From positions 448,001-512,000 of the forward strand of contig JAYFMW010000030.1 in NCBI GenBank assembly GCA_042408215.1: a DNA stretch of 64,000 nt. Direction: 5' to 3'. Below, one piece after another: positions 49,079 to 60,144 of this stretch. Under the pieces are notes generated by a model that was not told the DNA's origin, did no database searches, and was given only the letters and a program-made list of their open reading frames with translations. This DNA is from Microcoleus sp. GTDB taxonomy: Bacteria; Cyanobacteriota; Cyanobacteriia; Cyanobacteriales; Microcoleaceae. Numbering within the stretch: position 1 is the stretch's first letter; each line of letters begins with the position of its first letter. Made by a program: the position numbers and the translations under genes.

Positions 49079-52000
49079 ATGAACAACGGCAAAGTAAGAA
49101 TTTACGAATTATCACGGGAACTAAATTTGGATAATAAAGACATCTTGGCAGTTTGCGAGCGGCTCAATATTTCAGTCAAGAGCCACAGCAGCACAATTAC
49201 AGAATCCGAAGCAGAACGTATTCGCAAAACAGCGGAAAAATACGTCGCCAGCCACTCTTCCCCCGGCAAGCCAGCTCCTTCTGAGAGAGCAGCAGCGCCA
49301 TCGAGAGAATCTGGCCCTCATCCTAACGATCAACAAAAAAAGCAGCAAATTTTAGAAATACGCAGTCCAAAAGTACGACCCCAGGCTGGTGCAAACTCCC
49401 AGCAGTCGGGGAATGAGGAGAGAAAAAAACCGCAGGCAACCGTCGCCACTCCTCCCAAATCACCCGTCGCTCAACAGCTCCAGCCTCCGGCTAAACCAAA
49501 TATCAATCGACCCGTACTGTCGAAGCCTACTGTTCCATCAGCAACGGCTTCGTCAGAAACAGTGTCAGAAACAGTGTCAGAAACAGTAGGTGCGATCGCC
49601 TTAGAAACAGACACCCAGGCTGCTGCATCGACAGCACCCCAACCGTCGTCGGAAAAGGCTCCCGAACGAAAAGAGCGCATGGCGATCGCTCCCGGGCCGT
49701 CGGCAAAACTGACCTCGCCACCAGTCAGACCCGCCGGAGAGTCGGCTAACCGCACCCAACTGAATCAGGGGAATCGGCCGGTACTCAAACTTGCCAAAAC
49801 TGAGCAAGAACAATCAGAACAGGCAGAAAGTCTGGAAGCACCTGCTAAACCGACTCGACCGAGCCGACCCGCCCCCGGTGGTACCGAATCTCGCCCGCAA
49901 AGACCGCGCCTGGATGGGCCCGCAAGCGTCAAAACTCAACTTGCCGCTCGACCCCAGCCTGGTGGCGGCCCACGGCGGAGCCTGGCCCCGGCAACGTCAG
50001 CTACCGGGCTGCGTAGCCGCGGTGGTGACACCGGAGCGGCTGGGGATGACAGTGACGATAATGAAGAAGATAATACGCCGTTGCTGGGGATTACTCTCCT
50101 CGAAAGGCCCTCCCTCCCTCGTCCGGCCAAAAAGACTCAGGTCATTTGGGAAGAAGATGACGAAGAAAACTCAGATGCTGCCAAAGCCGCCAAGGCTGGC
50201 AAGGTCAAGCGTTCTCGACTAAAACCCATAGACGAAGACGACGATGACCTAGAAAATGGCTTGGATATGCCAGCACCAGTAATGGTCAGCCTGTCCCTAG
50301 CCCGACCTGCTAAGGCGAAGTCACAAGCAGCACCCAAATCAACACCAACTCCGGGCGCACCCGGCAGCAGTGGCAAAAATAAGAGACCGGGCCCTTCTCA
50401 CGATAAAAGCTCGTCTGGTTCGACCGGCGGACGTGGTAGCCGTGGCAAAACAGCCGAAGCTAAGGTAGAACGTCCAGAAACACTGGTACTCAGCAGGCCG
50501 ATGACCGTTCAGGAACTCGCAGGTACTCTGGCTGTTCCCGAAACCGAAATTATCAAGCGGCTGTTCTCTAAAGGCATTGCGGTTAACATTACTGAAACCC
50601 TGGACATTGCAGCGGTGAGAATGGTAGCTGAAGAAATGGGCATAGAGGTGGAAACCCCTGAAAAAGTAGCCCCAGCTATCAAAGTCATCGAGATGCTGGA
50701 CGAGGCAGATATGGAATACCTCCAGCGCCGTCCGCCAGTAGTAACGATTATGGGTCACGTGGATCACGGTAAAACTACCTTGCTCGACTCGATCCGCAAA
50801 ACCAAGGTGGCTCAAGGAGAAGCTGGGGGCATTACCCAGCACATCGGTGCTTACCACGTGGATGTGGTACACGAAGGCAAGAGCCAGCAGGTCGTATTTT
50901 TGGATACTCCAGGTCACGAAGCCTTTACAGCGATGCGGGCTCGCGGAACGCGGGTGACAGACATCGCTATCTTGGTGGTGGCGGCCGATGACGGTGTGCG
51001 ACCCCAGACAATTGAAGCTATCAGTCACGCCAAAGCGGCTAAAGTGCCAATTGTTGTGGCGATTAATAAAATTGACAAGGAGGGCGCTCAGCCGGAACGG
51101 GTGAAGCAAGAGCTTACAGAGTACGGCTTGGTTGCAGATGACTGGGGCGGCGATGTCACGATGGTTCCTGTCAGCGCTATCCGAGGGGAAAACCTCGATA
51201 CGCTGTTGGAAATGATTCTGACAGTCGCGGAAATGGAAGACCTCAACGCCAACCCGAACCGAGCGGCTAAGGGTACTGTAATTGAAGCTCACCTCGACAA
51301 GGCAAGGGGGCCTGTGGCAACTCTGCTGGTGCAAAATGGCACTCTGCGAGTGGGCGATATTGTGGTCGCAGGCTCGGCCTTGGGTAAGGTGCGGGCAATG
51401 ATTGACGATCGCGGCGATCGCGTCGATCAAGCAACTCCATCCTTTGCGGTGGAAGTGCTGGGGCTGCGGGAAGTTCCTCGCGCCGGAGACGAGTTCGATG
51501 TCTTCGGGAACGAAAAAGAGGCGGCGGCGATCGCCTCTGCTCGCTCTACATCCCAACGAGATTCCCGTCTGCTGCAAGGCGGCAGGATCAGCCTCAGCGG
51601 CTTCTCTCAACAAGCTAAGGAAGGCGTTCTCAAGGAACTCAACTTGATCTTGAAGGCAGATGTCCAAGGCTCCCTCGAAGCAATTGTCGGCGCTCTGACC
51701 CAACTTCCTCAAAAAGAAGTTCAACTCCGACTGCTGCTATCTGCTCCTGGGGAAGTCACAGAAACCGACATTGACCTCGCAGCCGCTAGTAATGCCGTGA
51801 TTATCGGGTTCAATACTACTCTCGCCACCGGCGCTCGCCAAGCGGCCGACCAAGCAGGGGTAGACGTGCGGGAATACAGCATCATCTACAACCTCTTGGA
51901 TGACATTCAAGGGGCGATGGAAGGCCTGCTGGAACCTGAATTGGTGGAAGAACCTCTGGGTGAAGTGTCAGTCCGCGCTGTCTTCGCGATCGGTCGTGGG

Positions 52001-52246
52001 GCTGTGGCTGGATGTATGGTACTCTCTGGCAAAGTCATCCGTAACTGCAAGGTGCGGGTGCGCCGGGGCAACAATGTCATTTACGAAGGTATCCTAGACT
52101 CCCTGAAACGGATGAAGGAAGATGCCAAGGAAGTCAATGCTGGCTACGAATGCGGTATTTCCTTGAGTGGCTTTAGCGACTGGGCGGAAGGCGACCTGAT
52201 TGAAGCCTACCGGATGGTGACTAAACGCCGGACTCTATCTCAATAG
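49079..52246 (+). CDS. infB: Translation initiation factor IF-2
   Basis: [31 protein letters not shown]. Confidence 0.99.
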   Translation: MNNGKVRIYELSRELNLDNKDILAVCERLNISVKSHSSTITESEAERIRKTAEKYVASHSSPGKPAPSERAAAPSRESGPHPNDQQKKQQILEIRSPKVRPQAGANSQQSGNEERKKPQATVATPPKSPVAQQLQPPAKPNINRPVLSKPTVPSATASSETVSETVSETVGAIALETDTQAAASTAPQPSSEKAPERKERMAIAPGPSAKLTSPPVRPAGESANRTQLNQGNRPVLKLAKTEQEQSEQAESLEAPAKPTRPSRPAPGGTESRPQRPRLDGPASVKTQLAARPQPGGGPRRSLAPATSATGLRSRGGDTGAAGDDSDDNEEDNTPLLGITLLERPSLPRPAKKTQVIWEEDDEENSDAAKAAKAGKVKRSRLKPIDEDDDDLENGLDMPAPVMVSLSLARPAKAKSQAAPKSTPTPGAPGSSGKNKRPGPSHDKSSSGSTGGRGSRGKTAEAKVERPETLVLSRPMTVQELAGTLAVPETEIIKRLFSKGIAVNITETLDIAAVRMVAEEMGIEVETPEKVAPAIKVIEMLDEADMEYLQRRPPVVTIMGHVDHGKTTLLDSIRKTKVAQGEAGGITQHIGAYHVDVVHEGKSQQVVFLDTPGHEAFTAMRARGTRVTDIAILVVAADDGVRPQTIEAISHAKAAKVPIVVAINKIDKEGAQPERVKQELTEYGLVADDWGGDVTMVPVSAIRGENLDTLLEMILTVAEMEDLNANPNRAAKGTVIEAHLDKARGPVATLLVQNGTLRVGDIVVAGSALGKVRAMIDDRGDRVDQATPSFAVEVLGLREVPRAGDEFDVFGNEKEAAAIASARSTSQRDSRLLQGGRISLSGFSQQAKEGVLKELNLILKADVQGSLEAIVGALTQLPQKEVQLRLLLSAPGEVTETDIDLAAASNAVIIGFNTTLATGARQAADQAGVDVREYSIIYNLLDDIQGAMEGLLEPELVEEPLGEVSVRAVFAIGRGAVAGCMVLSGKVIRNCKVRVRRGNNVIYEGILDSLKRMKEDAKEVNAGYECGISLSGFSDWAEGDLIEAYRMVTKRRTLSQ

Positions 52247-52471
52247 TTGCTAGTGATGAGTTTTGAGTTTTGAGTTGGAAGAGAAGTTTTGAGTTTCGGA
52301 ACTAAATTGCCGTGAGCTCGTAACTACTCTCTTCTCTCAATACTGCAAACCTCATCACTCGCAACTTGTTTTTTACTCAAAATTTCCAACTTCAAATTCA
52401 CAACTCAAAACTCATCACTTAAAATTCGCTCCCTCTCTGACTCGCTCACTCAAAACTCAAAACTATTTAAA

Positions 52472-53086
52472 GTGCGTTATTTTTGGTCTGAACCTTTTTT
52501 GTGGATTCACCTGGCTGGGGTGGCGGCACTGCCGATTTTCCTGGGACTGTGCTTGCTGGGACTGGCAGTGGGTTCTCCGCTACTCCCTGTGTGGGTAGAA
52601 CTATTTTTAGTTGGGGCGATCGGTATTGCTCCTGTGCTGTGGATGCAGTGGTTTCGCCCTTTTTACATTTTTAGTATTTTAGTGGTGGCGGTGAAACCCC
52701 AGAATTTAACGAATGCACAGCAGCGGATTCTTGCTGGGTTTAAATCTCGCTTAAATAAGGGATTAGCTCTGTTTGTGGCTGTTGTGCTGGCAGTAATTTT
52801 GTGGCAACTATACCGATTTGCTCCCCTCGCTGCCCTATTGGCTCCGTTTCCTCCTCAATGGCGATTAGCTGGATTGTTGTTGGCTGCCTTAGCTTTTCTC
52901 GCTAGCAATTTGTTCTTGCAGGTGCCTGTGAGTGTCATTGCTGTTTTGCTGATGCCGGAATCAGAATTTGCAGCGATACAGCCTGATGTTTTAGAAAAAA
53001 TTGGGCTGGATTTTACGATCGCAGGCTGGCCAGTCGATCGAATTTTGCCGAATTTTGTCGGCGAGATCAAAGAAGACGGAAGGTAG
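52472..53086 (+). CDS. Cyanobacterial low-complexity tail membrane protein
   Basis: EPFLWIHLAG, LWMQWFRPF, SNLFLQVPVS. Confidence 0.8.
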   Translation: MRYFWSEPFLWIHLAGVAALPIFLGLCLLGLAVGSPLLPVWVELFLVGAIGIAPVLWMQWFRPFYIFSILVVAVKPQNLTNAQQRILAGFKSRLNKGLALFVAVVLAVILWQLYRFAPLAALLAPFPPQWRLAGLLLAALAFLASNLFLQVPVSVIAVLLMPESEFAAIQPDVLEKIGLDFTIAGWPVDRILPNFVGEIKEDGR

Positions 53087-53110
53087 AAGGCAGAATTATC
53101 AACTAGGGGG

Positions 53111-53233
53111 CATTGGGAATTGGGAATTGGGAATTGGGCATTGGGCATGGGGCATCGGGCATGGGGCATGGGGCATCGGGCATTTGTAACAAATGACTAA
53201 TGACTAATGACTAATGACTAATGACGAATGACT
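53111..53233. repeat. STRR arrays (TTGGGAA/TGGGGCA, ATGACTA)
   Basis: Direct reading. Confidence 0.9.
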
Positions 53234-53239
53234 TAAATT

Positions 53240-53253
53240 GTATTTAAAGATAC
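53240..53253. promoter_or_regulatory. Possible NtcA site GTA-N8-TAC
   Basis: (T)GTATTTAAAGATAC about 200 bp upstream of a small gene. Confidence 0.35.
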
Positions 53254-53451
53254 TGCGGATTTAAGGCTATTGTGCTAGAAAATCAATACTTATTAAGAGA
53301 GATTTATTGAGATTATTAAGATTTAATATCAAATTTTCAATGGGAGGTTATTTGTATTTTTTATTGGCTATTTGGAGAGGAGAATATATAATGGGAATTG
53401 TCCAGGTAAGATTTAAATCCTCATAGGGGATTAAAACAGAGGTATAAAAAT

Positions 53452-53676
53452 ATGGCGAATTCACGAACGATCGCACCAGAACCTCAAGTCGCAGAGCCGA
53501 TCGATCTTAAGGAAGATTCTCAAATCTGGGCCAGTCTCAAAAAAGCGATCGGTGCTAGTTCTGGATTTCAACGCTGGCAGCTAGAACTCAATTTTGAGAG
53601 TCAGCAGGCTCCGGTCAGCATCGACCACCAGGTTCGCTCCTATCTGCGGGAAACTTTAGAAACTTTGGCTTACTGA
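53452..53676 (+). CDS. Conserved small cyanobacterial protein
   Basis: GAGG RBS; WASLKKAI.ASSGFQRW...YLRETLETLAY. Confidence 0.8.
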   Translation: MANSRTIAPEPQVAEPIDLKEDSQIWASLKKAIGASSGFQRWQLELNFESQQAPVSIDHQVRSYLRETLETLAY

Positions 53677-53858
53677 GTGCAGCCAGACTAGCTCCTGTAA
53701 CGGTTTGTAAATTTTACCGTCAAATTCCGCCGAATCCCCTTCAAGATGCGATCGTGAGTGCGTAACTTCGGAACTCAAATTGCAGGGGAGAATATTTCTG
53801 CTTACGGAGTCTTGACTAATTCAAACACCTTAATTCCAACACCAGCGAAAAAATCCAT

Positions 53859-54026
53859 AAAAAAAGCCGGAAACCCCCGACGTAAAACGAATGCGGGGGA
53901 ATTCGACTCACCCGTATCTTACCCAAACTCTTGATAATAGGACTGAAGCAAAATAACAGTAACAGCGCTTGACTAGCGGTGAAGAAAACCGTCAAAATCA
54001 ATCTGATACAAATATTTTGTACCATC
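53859..54026 (-). mobile_element. Possible decayed 3-prime end of an IscB element
   Basis: End hairpin TTCCCCCGC...CGGGGGTTTCC then a T-run and ATGG; upstream FTAS resembles IscB C-termini. Confidence 0.35.
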
Positions 54027-54063
54027 AGTCCTATTAGACATTTTAGAGCAAAAGTTAAGCAAA

Positions 54064-55247
54064 ATGCATTTAGTGATAGTTCAGTATGCAGTCGATTACC
54101 GAGAAGCCTATGAGCAGCTAAAGGTGGCCGTGAAACATACTACGCTCAAAAATATTCTGTTGATACCGTTACCGAGATGGGGAAACGAGTTGAGTCAGTA
54201 GCGGTGATTTGTGCATGACCTCCAGAACCTTACAATCAGGTTCTAGAAAACGGGGTACGGGCGATAGGTGCAGGATTTAATCAACAATTGAAGGTTCAAG
54301 AATTAATCGAGTTAATAGCGCAGCAAAATCCAACTCATCTCGTCATGCGCACACCTGTTAGAGAAGTTTTTAATTGGGCTATCACAAATAAAGTTAGAAC
54401 GATCGCGACCTTTGCCGAATCTTTTTTTACAACCACTTGGCGCAATAAAATCCGCAACTATGTACTTGCTAAGTTATTGAATAACAAGCAAATAGAATGG
54501 GTTGGTACTTACGGTCTTACTTCTTCCCTACTCTTCCAAGAAATCGGAGTTAAACCTAATACAATCATGCCTTGGGATTTTCTCATAGATAGTGACCCAG
54601 GCTCTTTGCCACCCAAAGAACCACCAGATAGCGTCAAAAGTTTGAAATTATTTTAGGCTGGTTTGTTAATACAAAGTAAGGGGGTTGGTGATATTTTAGA
54701 AGCGGTAGCAAAGTTGAAAGACCAGAATATATCAGTGCATTTAAAACGGGCTGGTAAAGGCGAAGAAGAGTTTTTGACCTAGCGAGTGGAACAGTTGCAA
54801 ATTCAAGATTCTGTAGAGTTTCTCGGAATAGTGCCAACTCAGACTTTAGAACCTTTAATGAGAGAAGCTGATCTTGTCCTAGTTACTAGCAGGCACGAAT
54901 ATCCAGAGGGTTTTCCCCTGACAATTCAGCACGCTTTGCGGACGAGAACGCCGATCGTAGCTTCGGATCGCCCGATGTTTACAACCCACTTGCACCCCGG
55001 CGCTAATGCCATGATTTTTGAGGCTGGGAACTCTTAGGCTTTAGCAGAATGTATTGAAAAACTGGTTTCCGATGCACCGCTTTACCGCAATATTTCTCTA
55101 GGTTCTCATGCAACGTGGCATCAGTTGCGTCTGCCCGTCAAAGGGGTACAACTGATCGATCGCTGGCTGGATGATGCTCCTGAAAGCAAACAGTGGTTAT
55201 TTGAACAACGACTAGCTTCTGGGGCCTACAACTCAAGACCAAGTTAA
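54064..55247 (+). pseudogene. GT4-type glycosyltransferase pseudogene
   Basis: MHLVIVQYA.DYREA start, SRHEYPEGFPL motif; several frameshifts and TAG stops at 54654 and 55035. Confidence 0.85.
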
Positions 55248-55275
55248 TAATTAGGTCGCTCTAATTAAACTTGAG

Positions 55276-55466
55276 TAGGACTTACAGCATATTCCATGTA
55301 TATGTGGTACACACAAGAAGAGAGACGCGAGTAAGGTGCGTTACCACCCGTCAATCTGCAATCTTTATCAAATATGAAGCCGCGACGCACCCTACCGATT
55401 AAGACCACATAATATAGCTGCTACTGTACTTCATGAACCACCGAATATGCTGTATATCTAGTCCTA
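55276..55466. mobile_element. MITE-like element (AGGACTTACAGCATATTC / GAATATGCTGTA..AGTCCT) with internal REP-like unit
   Basis: Inverted ends. Confidence 0.6.
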
Positions 55467-55576
55467 AGCTTTTGTGCATTTAAATTGAATGTAAAAAAAT
55501 AATCTAAGTCTTGTGGGGAGTAGGGGTTGGGCGTCTCGCCCGCCCTGAATATGCAATTTAAATGCGTGACAGCTTA
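55465..55576. mobile_element. MITE with TAAGCT....GCATTTAAATTG TIR
   Basis: Inverted ends; abuts the truncation point of the minus-strand glycosyltransferase. Confidence 0.7.
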
Positions 55577-55654
55577 TCATATAACCCCTTTGCGGACGCA
55601 GGCATAACCGAGGAAAAGGACGTTAATTTCCTCTGAGGGCGGTTTGTGGGATTG

Positions 55655-55943
55655 TTGACACTCCCCGGTCTGAAGACGCGGGGATTCTTAAGGACAAACA
55701 TTGGGGGATGAATCCGCCCAAAGTTGAATGCTTAAAGGGTAAGTCAGATACCCACTACCCACTCGCTCATGACTGAGTCTATGGCTACTTTTTTGCCTAA
55801 CGGCTTGCAACTGTCGGGTTTTTCACCAACTAAGTTTCAACAACTTTATCAAACCAAAATCAGTTTGTCAAGATGGGCAGGATAAATCCTGCAACGCCCT
55901 TTCATCCCTGGACTAAAGTCGCAGGGTTTTCAGGGTATTTCTT
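55655..55943 (-). mobile_element. 289-bp protein-free IS605 mini-element (left end, promoter, omega-RNA, right end)
   Basis: Inserted after TTAT without TSD; left-end hairpin CCCTGCGACTTTAGTCCAGGG; right end GAATCCCCGCGTCTTCAGACCGGGGAGTGTCAA. Confidence 0.9.
55843..55871 (-). promoter_or_regulatory. Sigma70-type promoter inside the mini-element
   Basis: TTGACA-17 bp-TAAAGT with extended TG. Confidence 0.7.
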
Positions 55944-57132
55944 ATAATTGGGGAAATGCTCTGGCGACCAACCTTCAGTCGTTAAAAGCAGTTTCTCTTC
56001 AGAAACTCCGGCTTGTTGAAAGGATTTTACTACTGTCGGACTAGGACAAAACAGAAAGTCAGCTACCTTAAGTTCTTGCTCTTCCTTCTGAATTTTTTCT
56101 GGGGTAATGTCGTGTTGAGGTTGCAATCCCAAGCGAGAGTAAGCATCGTCAAGGATACTCTTAGCTTGCCTTTGACAAGTATTAACTCGCTCCAAAAAAA
56201 TCGGCTTGTTGTGCTTGTTAACGCTCTTGACAGTATCAGATGAGGTACCGGGCCACAAGTAGGCAACATCAAAATCTTTGAGATCTTTGAGAAAACGCTT
56301 CTCTGCCTTGATTTTGGGAAGAGTAGGGCTACAGTAATACAGTTTTTTCAGAAATGACGGAATTGCTTCAAGCATATTGGAGCCGCGGCACGAGCAATCG
56401 CAACTCGGGACAACCATGCGAGCATTCAGCTCAGAGTTGTGCCATTCTTTGCACACTGAAAAAAATACGTGGCTAATGGCTCGGTCACTGCAATGAATTG
56501 GGAATAAAGCACTCAGTTTTAACATAGCATTAATCTTCTATTAACTAGAGTTTTTCGGTTTTTATCTAAACATTGACATTGGACAGTGATGCTCAGTTTG
56601 CAGAGCAGTCTCGTTTTATTTAAAAGCAGATTCCGTAACCTGAATGTGATTGTATTCTGCAAGTATAACACTTCAGTAAAATCACTGACAAGACCCTGAG
56701 AAAAAACTATGTATTTTGGCTGTAAATGATTAAAGTGTAGCAGCCAAAACGCAGTTAAAATTTTTTAACTATGTTTAGCGTCCTAATTAATAGGGGTTTT
56801 CAACCCTGTGTTCTAACTGAGTGATTGAAATTTCTGCTACACATAGTCTCCTCCGGGATATTACTGACTAAAAAAACTGACCGGGTGTTAAGCCAGGATT
56901 TGGTAAGTAAGCCCACGTAAAAAAACAGAATACCCAGCACCCCGACTTCGCAGTTGTCGGGACTCTAAAAGCGATCGGATTTTACGTTTAATTAAAGCGA
57001 CTTGCCGATCATTACCTTGTAAAGGGCGTTGTGGATCAAAAAAACATCGAAAAAAAACATCGAAAAAAAACATCATAGCTGCTTTTCTGAAAAAACAGCT
57101 AGGATGTTTTAATGACAAGCTATTTCAGGACT

Positions 57133-58338
57133 TTAGCCTGCTGTTGCCAAAACTGGATTCTGAATTTTGCCGATCGCCAAACACTTTTTAACACCAGCAA
57201 TCACATCTTCAACATCTGCATCTGTTAATTTTGCCGAAATGGGTAAACTCACTGTTTGCTGTCCAATCCGCATCGCATTCGGATAGTCTTCCGGCCGCCA
57301 TCCAAATCTTTCCTGATAGACAGGATGTTCGGAGAGGCTCTGATAATGAACGCCGATACCGATGTTTTCAGCAGTCATCGCGCCTAGAAAAGCATCACGG
57401 CTAATACCGGCTTTCGCTTCATCAACTAAAATCGTGTACAAGTGATACCCATGAATAGTTTCTGGTTCTGGATCTGCTGGTACTGTAATCGGCAAATCGG
57501 CAAATGCTTGATTGTAGCGCTGCCAAATCTGCTCGCGGCGGTGCCAATAAGGGGTGACTCGTTCCAGTTGATGAATGCCGATCGCAGCTTGCAGATCCAT
57601 CATATTGTATTTAAAGCCGACTTCCACTACTTGATAGTGCTTGTAACCTGAGTCGCTGAAGCGCTTCCAAGCATCTTTGCTCATCCCGTGCAGCCCCAAT
57701 ATTTTCAGGCGATCGGCATCTTCTTGACTGCGAGCTAAAATCATGCCGCCTTCGCCCGTCGTGATGTTTTTGGTGACATAAAAGCTGAAGCATCCAAAGT
57801 CGCCAAATGTGCCTGCTTTCCGTCCCTTGTACTCTGTTTCGATGGCGTGAGCACAGTCTTCGATTAACTTCAAATTATGGCGTTCAGCCAGAGCGCACAG
57901 CGCATCCATATCGCAAGGACGGCCTGCAAAGTGAACTGGCAAAATTGCCTTAGTTTTTGGAGTTATTTTAGCTTCGACTTTCGCCGGATCGATATTCATT
58001 GTCAGCGGGTCTACATCCGCCAGTACCGGTGTGGCCCCTGCGTGAATAATCGCATTAACTGTGGCACAAAAAGTCATAGGAGTAGTGATGACTTCATCCC
58101 CTGGTTTCAACCCAGCAGCGAGGATACTTAAGTGCAGTGCCGCCGTACAGGAATTGACTGCAACCGCATAGGGAGAGCCCTTATAAGCTTTGAATTCGTT
58201 TTCAAAGCGCATGACTTTAGGCCCTGTACCCAACCAGCCTGTTTTCATGGTTGCTACCACTTCCTGAATTTCAGCATCTTCGATCGCAGGAGCGCCGAAA
58301 ACCAGGAAACGGTCTTTAGAACGAATAGGATTGTTCAT
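57133..58338 (-). CDS. DegT/DnrJ/EryC1/StrS sugar aminotransferase
   Basis: NSCTAALH, PVHFAG, IEDCAH, SFYVTKNITTGEGG. Confidence 0.95.
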   Translation of the reverse strand: MNNPIRSKDRFLVFGAPAIEDAEIQEVVATMKTGWLGTGPKVMRFENEFKAYKGSPYAVAVNSCTAALHLSILAAGLKPGDEVITTPMTFCATVNAIIHAGATPVLADVDPLTMNIDPAKVEAKITPKTKAILPVHFAGRPCDMDALCALAERHNLKLIEDCAHAIETEYKGRKAGTFGDFGCFSFYVTKNITTGEGGMILARSQEDADRLKILGLHGMSKDAWKRFSDSGYKHYQVVEVGFKYNMMDLQAAIGIHQLERVTPYWHRREQIWQRYNQAFADLPITVPADPEPETIHGYHLYTILVDEAKAGISRDAFLGAMTAENIGIGVHYQSLSEHPVYQERFGWRPEDYPNAMRIGQQTVSLPISAKLTDADVEDVIAGVKKCLAIGKIQNPVLATAG

Positions 58339-58770
58339 TTTGCTAGTTGTTACCCAGTAAATAAAGTCTATCTGCTAAAAATGTACTACCCTAACTATGG
58401 TCTTATTTTCAACCCAGATGCTTTAGGCATTGCGTCCTAGCATCTGTTGTGGCAGGACATTACCACTAACAAGCTGTTTTTTTTGGCAACGGCCTTACTT
58501 TCACAGCATTTCTCGATCTTAAGATAAATAATCAGCAATGTCTACAGCACAATGTTTCAGTTTATGACGGCTACAGTAGCACTTGCTTTGCCCGCTTTTT
58601 TTAGATCAAATATTGTTCTCAGTAAAGATACGGAGATTTTATTTTACAAAATTTGTTAAACATCTAACATCTATCGCAAGACTTAACTTACAGCCAAGTT
58701 TAAATCAGGAGAAACTTACACAAAAAATATAGTTTTGGAGAATAAATATATGGCGCGCTGAGATAATTTC

Positions 58771-59346
58771 CTAGAATCTAGGAAGGCGAATTTTATGCAA
58801 AATGTCTTGTACCCGTTCCGAGACTCCGCCCAATTCTTCTGACACAGCTACAAGTTTGCTGTAAGCTTCAACTAAGCGATCGCCCTCAACGTCAACCTCG
58901 GTCGTCGGATAATTCTTGATGGTTTCGAGCAATGTAATTTCATTATCATTACTCGCCGACAGCACCAAAGCCGCGCGCAAAGCCTCTCTATTGGCATTCC
59001 CAGAAGGAGTATGAATTACCTGACCCACCTGATCGAGAACAATTTCCCCTACTTTACTATTTAAAGTTTGATCCAAAAACCTGTGACTGACTTTCACCGG
59101 TCTCGTCAGATTGCGGCGCACCGCTTCCGGGTCTTTTTTGGCTTGTCCCAAGAGCATTTCTAAGCCAGACGACATTTGTCCAGTTTCGGCGAAAATTTCT
59201 AATTCGCTGACTGGTAAAGTCATCCGTATCACACTGTATTTGAGCACTACCTTTTCGGCGGCTTCCGCAGCAGTGCTGTAAAATACAATTCCCGCGCCTG
59301 CTGCTAAAAACAACGTCCACCGCCGTTTGAACAATGACCAGCCCAT
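58771..59346 (-). CDS. DUF1400 family protein (secreted)
   Basis: Signal ending AEAAEKVVLKY; LEIFAETG, ALRAALVLSA, ITLLETIKNYP. Confidence 0.85.
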   Translation of the reverse strand: MGWSLFKRRWTLFLAAGAGIVFYSTAAEAAEKVVLKYSVIRMTLPVSELEIFAETGQMSSGLEMLLGQAKKDPEAVRRNLTRPVKVSHRFLDQTLNSKVGEIVLDQVGQVIHTPSGNANREALRAALVLSASNDNEITLLETIKNYPTTEVDVEGDRLVEAYSKLVAVSEELGGVSERVQDILHKIRLPRF

Positions 59347-59565
59347 AGTAAAACTCCTTAAACATCTGTTTCTACTTAGACTATAGCGACATCTAATTAA
59401 TGACTGCACCGGTAAATCTGTTCGGGAAACGCCTTCGGGATTCGTGAGCCTCAGTACACAGGTATAAAATCCCACCTAAAACTGGCACCAATCCCAGATT
59501 CCCACACAAACACCCAGCGCCAGCTCTTCTATAAATGAAGGCTGGCGCGGGGCTTAAAGTTATTT

Positions 59566-59659
59566 TGTATATTTAGGGTCTTTATCAAGGCTGACCCCTA
59601 TTGAACAGACTAAAAAGGATGTATGATTAGGGCCTTTAAATTGGCTGACCCCAATTGAA
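59566..59659. repeat. Two imperfect 40-bp direct repeats, 54-bp period
   Basis: 32/40 identical by manual alignment. Confidence 0.75.
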
Positions 59660-59775
59660 TCCATACACCCATAATCACAGGGATCGATCGCAAACCAGGA
59701 TTTCGTAATAATTTCTTTATCTTTATAACTTTTCCTTACCTCACATATAATTTTATTTCGATTTGTAAATTTTTG

Positions 59776-60084
59776 TTACTTAAGTTTCGGGGATCGGTTG
59801 CCGGCGCGCTGCTCAAGACGAAACAGCAGCACCATCAGAGCTACGACTCCGACTTGGAGGGCAAAATTGGGCAAAGCGGAGCTAACTTCCCGCCCGGAGG
59901 CAATTTTAGCGAGGAAAACCAAGCCACCGATGAAGCCAGAGGCCCCGCAAGCTACATAAACCACCTGTCGCAGAGGCCGATAAGGAGCAGCCATCTCTGC
60001 TGTTAAACGCTCGTATTGTTGGGGAGTGAGGTGGCGGGGGTTTTTTGGGCTGTAAGGGCGATCGGGCGAATTGGGAGTTGGCAT
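59776..60084 (-). CDS. DUF3493 family membrane protein
   Basis: RLTAEMAAPYRPLR, two transmembrane segments. Confidence 0.8.
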   Translation of the reverse strand: MPTPNSPDRPYSPKNPRHLTPQQYERLTAEMAAPYRPLRQVVYVACGASGFIGGLVFLAKIASGREVSSALPNFALQVGVVALMVLLFRLEQRAGNRSPKLK

Positions 60085-60144
60085 GGATTTATGAAATAAA
60101 TGAATATTACGCTAAAACAAATATCTCATAAAAGTCAAAATAAA

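Larger units (their letters stand above)
55577..56525 (-). pseudogene. GT4-type glycosyltransferase pseudogene interrupted by an omega-RNA mini-element and truncated
   Basis: Removing 55655-55943 gives in-frame PEHFPNY|QSHKPPSEEINVLFLGYACVRKGVI*. Confidence 0.85.

Noticed and set aside
50339..51724. 461-aa antisense ORF
   Set aside because: Shadow frame of infB with no recognisable motifs
53816..54025. 69-aa membrane protein
   Set aside because: Runs through an IS-type end hairpin; better explained as a mobile-element remnant
59566..59659. Bona fide CRISPR array
   Set aside because: Only two divergent units with a 14-nt gap; kept as an unexplained repeat
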